Positions 1 to 6,629 of a stretch of 64,000 nt of DNA are shown here, one piece after another. The notes under the pieces are model-generated. The model was not told the DNA's origin, did not search any database, and saw only the letters and a program-made list of their open reading frames with translations. Position 1 is the first letter of the stretch. Each line of letters begins with the position of its first letter. Location: assembly GCA_002329485.1 (NCBI GenBank), contig DCTZ01000005.1, forward strand, positions 26,332-90,331, read 5' to 3'. A program made the position numbers and the translations under genes. The DNA comes from Bacillales bacterium UBA1427. Lineage in GTDB: Bacteria; Bacillota_I; Bacilli_A; ML615J-28; CAG-313.

Positions 1-866
1 GAAAGACCGTCGACTTCACCTTGTTCGAAGAAAACACCATTAAAATATTGTCGGATCGTTCCAACTTCACCTTAATAGCCTTGGAAAAAAGCAATTTCCC
101 AGACGTTTCGTTCGAATCGATGGGAACCCCGATTGTAATAAAAAGCACCCTATTGCGACAGATTATCAAGCAAACGGCGTTTGCGGCCGGGACTTCGGAA
201 GCCAGAGTCGTTCTAACAGGCGTCTGCTTCGAGCTAAAAGGAGACAAACTCGAAGTGGTTGCTACCGACAGCTACCGCTTGTCCAAGAAAGTAACCCAAC
301 TGCCAGAACCACATCAGCCTATTCAAATCAATATCCCGAGCAAGGCACTTGAGGAATTAAACAAGATCCTTGAAAGCAAGGATACGGATGTCGAATTATT
401 CATCATCAGCAACAAAGCTTTGTTTAAAATTCAAAACATTTCCTTTATGACTCGCTTAATCGAAGGGAACTTCCCCGATACAAACAGTCTGTTTCCGAAT
501 ACCCATATTGTCGAAATAGAATTCAATAAAAACGATCTTCTTGCTACAATCGATCGAACCCAGGTTTTTACAGGAAACGACGTTTCGAGCACGATAAAGA
601 TGGTTCTCAACCGCGATAAGACTGTTCACGTATTCTCCAGCTCCAGCGAAATCGGACGTGTCGTGGACGAGATTTTCCCTTTAAAAGTACAGGGCATCGA
701 TCAATTTCAAGTGGCTTTCAGCGCCCGATATTTCTTGGAAGCCTTGAGAGCGTTCGAATCTCAAGAGGTCACAATGAAGCTAACCGGGGAGCTTAAGCCT
801 TTCCTCATTACCGGTAAAAACGATGACAACTTGGTCCAATTAATCCTTCCGGTAAGGACATTTTAA
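1..866 (+). CDS. dnaN: DNA polymerase III beta subunit (sliding clamp), 3' part; 5' end outside window
   Basis: Frame is open from nt 3 to the TAA at 864-866. The translation (VVLTGVCFELKGDKLEVVATDSYRLSKK ... MTRLIEGNFPD ... LVQLILPVRTF) looks like clamp domains II-III. It lies upstream of the yaaA-recF-gyrB-gyrA block. Confidence 0.9.
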   Translation, partial: KTVDFTLFEENTIKILSDRSNFTLIALEKSNFPDVSFESMGTPIVIKSTLLRQIIKQTAFAAGTSEARVVLTGVCFELKGDKLEVVATDSYRLSKKVTQLPEPHQPIQINIPSKALEELNKILESKDTDVELFIISNKALFKIQNISFMTRLIEGNFPDTNSLFPNTHIVEIEFNKNDLLATIDRTQVFTGNDVSSTIKMVLNRDKTVHVFSSSSEIGRVVDEIFPLKVQGIDQFQVAFSARYFLEALRAFESQEVTMKLTGELKPFLITGKNDDNLVQLILPVRTF

Positions 867-870
867 ACAA

Positions 871-898
871 AAAAAACCTTGATTTTTCAAGGTTTTTT
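871..898. terminator. Bidirectional rho-independent terminator between convergent dnaN and parA-like gene
   Basis: AAAAAACCTTGA-TTTT-TCAAGGTTTTTT: CCTTGA (877-882) pairs with TCAAGG (887-892). It is flanked by an A-run and a T-run, so it can terminate on either strand. Confidence 0.75.
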
Positions 899-909
899 GT
901 TATTTATGG

Positions 910-1695
910 TTAAATTTGAAGTTCAGAAAAGGTCGCCAATAGGTCGTTTTTGATTTCGTCGCGGTTTTTCTGATGAAATTTTGAAGGCATTTGATGTTCG
1001 TCGAAGACGCTGACACCCATCTCCTGGAGGTTCCGAATAATCGATTTATCCTTGATCGGAGTGATGATTTTGGCGTCCGGAGTATAGGTTTTGGCCTGAT
1101 TTTTTAACTTCTTCAAACAGGTGTTTGGAGCAAGCTTAATAGGGTGGTATCCGGTGGGTACAATGTACTTTATTTTGCCCAAATCGATGTCTGAGTCCGT
1201 AAAATACTGAATTGTGTTAATAAAACCGTCCAAACCGAGGGTATCGAGGCCCACTACAAGAAGGATTTCGTCGCTCAAGTCGAGTAATATTTCAGTCAAA
1301 CGACTACTCGAAGGCGGGAAATCGATGAAAATGTAGTCAAAAAAGCGTCTAAAATAGTCAATTAATTGCCGTAATTTGGTTTCTTGCGGTCTTCTGAGCG
1401 TTAAAGTCAGCGAAAGCCTGTCTGTATTTAAGGTTTTAATGATATACATATTAGGTCTTGCCTCAAAAACGATGTCGTTCGGCTGGGCTTCGCCAGCTAA
1501 AAGGTGTTCAAAGTAGTTATCGTCTCTTTCGCCGACAAATTTTTCTGCACCGAAGATTTTGAAGATGCTGTTTTGGTCATCAGCGCTCAGGACCAAAACT
1601 TTTTCACCTTTGGCAGAATGGTAATGTGCTAAGTATCCCAGGAACGTTGTTTTTCCGACTCCGCCCTTTTTACAGAAAACTGATACGACTGGCAT
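910..1695 (-). CDS. ParA/Soj-family P-loop ATPase, small plasmid-like (type Ib-size) form
   Basis: 261 aa with deviant Walker A KKGGVGKTT near the N-terminus, including the signature Lys. Hydrophobic-Asp stretches VLVLSADDQ and YIFIDFPPS are present. There is no N-terminal HTH extension. The ATG at 1693-1695 lies 1 nt after the TAG of the upstream ORF, suggesting translational coupling. Confidence 0.85.
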   Translation of the reverse strand: MPVVSVFCKKGGVGKTTFLGYLAHYHSAKGEKVLVLSADDQNSIFKIFGAEKFVGERDDNYFEHLLAGEAQPNDIVFEARPNMYIIKTLNTDRLSLTLTLRRPQETKLRQLIDYFRRFFDYIFIDFPPSSSRLTEILLDLSDEILLVVGLDTLGLDGFINTIQYFTDSDIDLGKIKYIVPTGYHPIKLAPNTCLKKLKNQAKTYTPDAKIITPIKDKSIIRNLQEMGVSVFDEHQMPSKFHQKNRDEIKNDLLATFSELQI

Positions 1696-1696
1696 C

Positions 1697-2026
1697 CTAG
1701 ATCATCCCTTCTCGTTGCAATTTTTCTCTGCAAGCTTCTTCGATAAATTCCGAAAACATAATTCCGCGGTTTACACAGGCTATTTTAATTTGCCTTCTTA
1801 AGTTTTTTTCCATGGTAGAGGTGTATTTTTCTCTTCCAGACATTTCTTCAACAAATCCTCGTCGCGGAGTTTGCGTTTTTACTGTTTTTGGAGCCTGATA
1901 AACCGGTTGTCTGACCGATTTTTGAGGCTCTGGCTGCACAACAGGCTGCTGTTTCGGTACAGTTTCAATAGGTGATTCTTCAAAAAGTTCATCAAAAGGG
2001 TTCCTTCTCTTTTGTGTAGGATCCAT
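1697..2026 (-). CDS. Small ribbon-helix-helix-like protein (ParG/omega/CopG-like candidate ParA partner)
   Basis: The ATG at 2024-2026 is preceded by AAGGAGG (complement of 2034-2040) at 7-nt spacing. 109 aa. The N-terminal half is low complexity and P/Q/K-rich (PVVQPEPQKSVRQPVYQAPKTVKTQTPRR). The C-terminal REKYTSTMEKNLRRQIKIACVNRGIMFSEFIEEACREKLQ fits a strand-helix-helix pattern. The fold assignment is by pattern only. Confidence 0.6.
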   Translation of the reverse strand: MDPTQKRRNPFDELFEESPIETVPKQQPVVQPEPQKSVRQPVYQAPKTVKTQTPRRGFVEEMSGREKYTSTMEKNLRRQIKIACVNRGIMFSEFIEEACREKLQREGMI

Positions 2027-2056
2027 AAAACTACCTCCTTTAGTCATTCTACCAAA

Positions 2057-2085
2057 AGTATAGCATAGATCAAAAAACAAATCAA
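2057..2085 (-). promoter_or_regulatory. Sigma-A-type promoter for the RHH-parA operon
   Basis: Minus strand reads TTGATT (2085-2080), a 17-nt spacer, then TGcTATACT (-10 at 2062-2057, with extended TG). It sits about 30 nt upstream of the RBS. A second TGgTAGAAT lies just downstream. Confidence 0.55.
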
Positions 2086-2507
2086 GCAAAAAGCAATATT
2101 TATTCAAATAAAGATATAAGCACATACATAAAAATGTAAATAAATATATTTTGAACCCCCGCTGAATCGATCCCTTCAAAAGCTTTGTTTTGACCAAAAC
2201 AACCTATTTTGCCCAAAATCCTGCAAATTTAAACTTCAAAACAGACTTTAGAATTAAATTTGAGCCTTAAAAAAGGCAAAATTTCGCATTTTTAATTTTT
2301 TTGTCAAAAGTTATTCGGACAAGCTTCTAAAAATTCAAAAAAACCGCCAAAAATCGGATTTCGGTTGTCGAGCGAAACTCAGAGTTCGAACCGAAGAATT
2401 TTCTGGTTTTAACCATACATAAATAAATATGTAAAAGCATAAACACATAAAAACCCAGCTCAAAAAAGGTTTTCCGAATCCACAGAAACACCCTTTTTTA
2501 AATAAAG

Positions 2508-2737
2508 TTTTAATTTAAAAATAAAAAGTAATAAATTAAAAGCAAAAACAAAACGAGCACCCGTTTTAAATTAAAACTAAAAGCTCTGAAAATTGATAAT
2601 TAAAGCATTTAATTTAAAACTAAAGTTAATGCAAAAGTTTACTAAAACGTTTTAAATTAAAATTTAAAGTCTGTTAAAAACCTTTAAAATAAAAGAAATA
2701 AAACGCCGTAATTCGGTGGGTTTCTTTAATTTAAAAC
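2508..2737. repeat. Array of five 12-13-nt A/T repeats in alternating orientation (iteron/centromere-like)
   Basis: TTTTAATTTAAAA at 2508-2520. Its exact reverse complement TTTTAAATTAAAA is at 2564-2576 and 2650-2662. ATTTAATTTAAAA is at 2607-2619 and TTTAATTTAAAA at 2725-2736. Start-to-start spacing is 56, 43, 43 and about 75 nt. Copies 2-4 are followed by YTAAA(A)G. Confidence 0.7.
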
Positions 2738-3374
2738 AAATTTAGTTTCTTTTGTACCTCTTTTGCGAGCGCTGTAGGCATCTTGATCTTCAAAAATGGA
2801 TTTTTTAAAGAATCACAAAGTGATAACGAAAAAACTTAAAGAAATAAAACCCTATTTACATAAAAGAGTAAAAACCTAAAACAATAAAACCGCAAATAAG
2901 TATAGTATTACAATAAGTAAAGCAGTAAATAAATAAAGACGCAAATATGTATGAAAAAAATAAATACATAAATAAAGTTAAACATAATGCAATAAAACCC
3001 TAATTATTTTTTTGCCTAAATACGTAAAAAAATAAAAATTCTTTTATTCCTATACCTAATAAACAAAAACTTTTAAAACAAAAGTAACAAAAAATCTTAC
3101 AAAAACGACCAATTATATCTATTTTTGATTGGTTTTGACTCATGTCAAAAATTAAAAATTAACAAAATAAGCTTATATTATATATAAATAAGGAATATAC
3201 ATATTTATGTATTTTGCTTTAAAGACTTTTGACTTAAGGCAAAAATGTCAAAAAATTGATAGGAAAAAATCGCCTAACAAATTAAGGGTAGGAAAATGTC
3301 AAATAAAGGCCGTTTTTATTAGGTTTTTGGGCAGTAAATAAATAATGTTTTTACTGGCAAATTTTAAAAAAATG

Positions 3375-3383
3375 TGGTATAAT
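3375..3383 (+). promoter_or_regulatory. Extended -10 element (TGgTATAAT) upstream of yaaA-recF
   Basis: TGGTATAAT at 3375-3383, about 25 nt upstream of the yaaA start. The -35 (TGGCAA at 3355-3360, 17-nt spacer) is poor. Confidence 0.5.
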
Positions 3384-3408
3384 TATTCATGTAAAAATGA
3401 GGTGCATC

Positions 3409-3624
3409 ATGCTAAAAATCAACATTAAAACCGACTTTATCACCTTAGGTCAGTTGCTTAAATTTTCTGGCATTATTTCCAACGGCGGAGAGGCAAAAAT
3501 CTTCCTTCTTAACAACAAAATTTTGATTAACGGAGAAGCCGAAAATAGGCGGGGAAGGAAGCTTTTTGGCGGCGAAATAGTTAGAATTAACGACCAATTA
3601 GAGCTTCTTGTTGTTAAAAAATGA
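3409..3624 (+). CDS. yaaA: S4-domain RNA-binding protein YaaA
   Basis: MLKINIKTDFITLGQLLKFSGIISNGGEAKIFL...NGEAENRRGRKL matches the YaaA/S4 pattern. GAGGTG lies 6 nt upstream of the ATG at 3409. Canonical position between dnaN and recF. The stop overlaps the recF start (ATGA). Confidence 0.85.
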   Translation: MLKINIKTDFITLGQLLKFSGIISNGGEAKIFLLNNKILINGEAENRRGRKLFGGEIVRINDQLELLVVKK

Positions 3625-4712
3625 CCCTTTTAAGTATAGGTTTAACTAATTTTCGCTGTTTTGCTGTAAAAAATCTCGAATTTGGAAATAACCTTAATAT
3701 AATCCATGGTTCCAACGCCGTAGGCAAGACCTCCTTATTGGAAGCTGTTCACGTCTTGGGGTTGACCAAGTCCAATCGGACCAATAACGATCAGGAAATG
3801 GTAAAGCAAGGAACCGATTATTTTTCAGTTAAAGGAAATTTTGGCAACGGGGAAATAAAGGACACGGTGGCTGTCTACTATTCCGAAAAAGGAAAGCAAA
3901 TAAAGAAAAACAACGAAGTATTTAAAAGCCTTGGTGAATACATCGGATACTTTAATGTTGTTTCCTTTGCGCCTTCAGATTTGATTTCCTTTTTTGGCAT
4001 GCCGGGTAAAAGAAGAAGAGAATTTGACATGGCCTTTTGTCAACTCTCCAAGCAGTTTCTATATTGGTCGACCGTCTATAACAGATTGTTAAAAGAACGG
4101 AATGTCTTGTTAAAAACCTTGGCTTTTGGCACCGACGATAAAGCCAAAAAATTGCTTGAGGTGATTGACCAAAGGTTGGTCGAAGCCGGAAAAAATGTTA
4201 TTCAGGATCGTCTTCGTTTTTTGAAACAACTGAATTCTATTCTGAATGGAATTCATAAACAGATAGCCGAACAGGAGGATTTGACGATAAAATACCAAGG
4301 TTCGTGTTCCCTTGATAATTTCGAAAGAAGCTTAAAAACGAACTTGGATTACGACATAAAGAAAGGATTAAGCAGCATCGGTCCGCACAGGGACAATTTT
4401 GTATTGACAATAAATGAGCAAGACTTATGTATTTATGGGTCACAGGGACAAAAAAGAAATGCTGTTTTAAGCCTTAAATTGGCATTTGTAGAGTTGATTT
4501 ATCGAATAAAAGGAGAATATCCGATTTTGTTGCTTGACGATGTTTTTAGCGAATTGGACCAAACTAGACAGAACCAGTTGATAAAAACGCTAAACCAAAA
4601 CGTTCAAACCATCATTACAACCGCAACCCTATCAGATATTGATAAAGAACTCGTTGCCAAAGCCAAATTGATTGAATTGATAAAAGGAGGTGGAAATCGT
4701 GACCCTAAATAA
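3621..4712 (+). CDS. recF: DNA replication and repair protein RecF
   Basis: 363 aa. N-terminal Walker [16 protein letters not shown]-terminal signature/Walker B region YGSQGQKRN...[12 protein letters not shown]. Synteny supports the call. Confidence 0.93.
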   Translation: MTLLSIGLTNFRCFAVKNLEFGNNLNIIHGSNAVGKTSLLEAVHVLGLTKSNRTNNDQEMVKQGTDYFSVKGNFGNGEIKDTVAVYYSEKGKQIKKNNEVFKSLGEYIGYFNVVSFAPSDLISFFGMPGKRRREFDMAFCQLSKQFLYWSTVYNRLLKERNVLLKTLAFGTDDKAKKLLEVIDQRLVEAGKNVIQDRLRFLKQLNSILNGIHKQIAEQEDLTIKYQGSCSLDNFERSLKTNLDYDIKKGLSSIGPHRDNFVLTINEQDLCIYGSQGQKRNAVLSLKLAFVELIYRIKGEYPILLLDDVFSELDQTRQNQLIKTLNQNVQTIITTATLSDIDKELVAKAKLIELIKGGGNRDPK

Positions 4713-6615
4713 AAAAGACGTTGATAGGTATGATGCCAGTAGCATCCAAGTGCTCGAGGGACTGGAAGGTGTAAGAAGAAGGCCGGGGATGTATATTGGT
4801 TCGACCGGGCCGAGAGGTTTGCACCATTTGGTCTGGGAAATTGTTGATAACTCGATTGACGAGGCTCTTGCAGGGTATTGCGACACGATAATTGTGGAAA
4901 TCTTTGGGGATAACTTTATTAAGGTTGTGGATAACGGCAGAGGAATGCCGATTGACATTCATCCCAAAACAGGATTGTCGACAGTAGAGACTATTTTCAC
5001 GGTTCTGCACGCGGGCGGAAAGTTCGACGGAAAGAACTATAAAGTATCCGGGGGGTTGCACGGTGTCGGTGCTTCCGTTGTTAACGCCTTGAGCGAATGG
5101 TTGGAAGTTTATGTCCGCCGGGATTCCCAAGAGTATTATCAAAGGTTCACCCGGGGCAAAAGCGACGGTCCGTTAAAAGAAATCGGCGATACGGAAGAAA
5201 CCGGAACAACGGTAATTTTTAAGCCGGACCCGGAAATCTTCAAAGAAACAACCGTTTTTGACTTTGAAACCCTCAGACAAAGGATCCAACAGTTGGCCTT
5301 TTTAAACAAAGGTTTGAAAATCAGTCTCATTGATAAGCGCATTTCACCGGCAAAGGAACTTCATTATCACTATGAGGGCGGCATTGCCGAATATGTGCGT
5401 TATTTGAACAAAGCGAAATCAACGATTCACAACGACGTTATTTTGATTGAAGAAGAAGTTGAAAAGGTAATCGTCGAAATCGGTTTGCAATACACAAACG
5501 ATTTCGTAAGCAATATTTATTCATTCGTTAATAATATCCGAACCCAGGAAGGCGGAACCCATGAAGAAGGTTTCCGAACCAGCCTGACTCGGATTCTCAA
5601 CAACTATGCGAAAAACGCTGGCCTTCTCAAGAAAGACGAAAGTTTGTCCGGAGATGATGTTCGCGAAGGCTTAACCGCAATCGTATCCTGTAAAATCGCC
5701 GAACCGCAGTTCGAAGGTCAAACCAAGACCAAATTGGGCAATACCGAAGTAAGACGGATCGTTTCCCAAGCCATGACCGACAAGTTCGAAGCTTATTTGC
5801 TCGAAAACCCTGCTGTCGCAAAATCAATTGTGGATAAGTCGCTGCTGGCCTTAAGAGCCAGAATCGCCGCAAAAAAAGCCCGTGAAGCGACACGGAGAAA
5901 GAGTCCGCTCGATTCTTTGGGCTTTGCGTCCAAATTGGCTGATTGCCGCTCGAAAGACCCGTCCAAAACGGAAATATACATAGTGGAAGGGGATTCGGCC
6001 GGAGGTTCGGCCCGCCAGGGAAGGGAAAGCGAATTCCAGGCAATCCTTCCTTTGAGAGGTAAAGTATTGAATGTGGAAAAAGCCCGTCCCGACAAAATCT
6101 TCAGCAACAAAGAAATCATTTCTCTGATTCAAGCGATAGGTACAGGGATTCAGGACGATTTCAATATCAAAGATTTGCGCTACCACAAAATAGTAATCAT
6201 GACAGATGCGGACGTCGACGGCGCACATATCAGAACTTTGCTTTTAACCTTTTTTTACCGCTATATGCGGCCTTTGATCGAAGAGGGGTATATTTTCATA
6301 GCTCAGCCTCCATTGTTCAAAATTGCCCAGAATAAACGGGTAGAATACGCTTATAGCGACGAAGAACTCGAATTGAAATTAAAGAATTACTCGGGCAAGG
6401 TAAATATTCAAAGGTACAAAGGTCTGGGCGAAATGAACGCCGAACAATTATGGGAAACTACCATGGATCCGAAACGTCGCACTTTGCTCAAAGTAACCTT
6501 AGACGACTCCATCGAAGCCGACAGGATTTTCAGTACTCTGATGGGCGACGATGTTGAACCGAGAAGAGAGTTTATCGAAGAAAATGCGGTATACGTTAAG
6601 AATCTTGACATTTAA
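4699..6615 (+). CDS. gyrB: DNA gyrase subunit B
   Basis: [62 protein letters not shown] and [19 protein letters not shown] are all present. I prefer the GTG at 4699 (AGGAGG at 4685-4690, 8-nt spacing) to the track start at 4690. It overlaps the recF end by 14 nt. Confidence 0.95.
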   Translation: MTLNKKDVDRYDASSIQVLEGLEGVRRRPGMYIGSTGPRGLHHLVWEIVDNSIDEALAGYCDTIIVEIFGDNFIKVVDNGRGMPIDIHPKTGLSTVETIFTVLHAGGKFDGKNYKVSGGLHGVGASVVNALSEWLEVYVRRDSQEYYQRFTRGKSDGPLKEIGDTEETGTTVIFKPDPEIFKETTVFDFETLRQRIQQLAFLNKGLKISLIDKRISPAKELHYHYEGGIAEYVRYLNKAKSTIHNDVILIEEEVEKVIVEIGLQYTNDFVSNIYSFVNNIRTQEGGTHEEGFRTSLTRILNNYAKNAGLLKKDESLSGDDVREGLTAIVSCKIAEPQFEGQTKTKLGNTEVRRIVSQAMTDKFEAYLLENPAVAKSIVDKSLLALRARIAAKKAREATRRKSPLDSLGFASKLADCRSKDPSKTEIYIVEGDSAGGSARQGRESEFQAILPLRGKVLNVEKARPDKIFSNKEIISLIQAIGTGIQDDFNIKDLRYHKIVIMTDADVDGAHIRTLLLTFFYRYMRPLIEEGYIFIAQPPLFKIAQNKRVEYAYSDEELELKLKNYSGKVNIQRYKGLGEMNAEQLWETTMDPKRRTLLKVTLDDSIEADRIFSTLMGDDVEPRREFIEENAVYVKNLDI

Positions 6616-6629
6616 AGGAGGTGTGCTGA

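Noticed and set aside
2027-2197. The 57-codon N-terminal extension of the track ORF 1697-2197 (MVKTKLLKGSIQRGFKIYLFTFLCMCLYLYL...).
   Set aside because: The extension runs through the A/T-rich promoter region. A sigma-A promoter (2057-2085) and a perfect AAGGAGG RBS lie inside it, just before the internal ATG at 2026. The real protein is therefore the 109-aa form.
2508-2737. That the regularly spaced repeats form a CRISPR array.
   Set aside because: The repeats are only 12-13 nt, purely A/T, and alternate in orientation. The spacers (about 30 nt) share sequence (YTAAAG). There are no cas genes in the window.
3207-3341. A 44-aa basic sORF (MYFALKTFDLRQKCQKIDRKKSPNKLRVGKCQIKAVFIRFLGSK) with AAGGAA 11 nt upstream.
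   Set aside because: Any open frame in A/T-rich DNA yields Lys/Ile/Phe-rich peptides. The RBS spacing is long. The ORF is built from the repeat motifs themselves (ATGTAT palindrome, TGTCAAA repeats). There is no independent support for it.
2198-3396. That the A/T-rich region is oriC, or a DnaA-box cluster with a DNA-unwinding element.
   Set aside because: I find no TTATCCACA or TGTGGATAA and no cluster of 1-mismatch variants; the best site is GAATCCACA near 2477. In this type of genome oriC normally flanks dnaA, which is upstream of the window. I cannot exclude an accessory role, so the region is reported as unexplained rather than as an origin.
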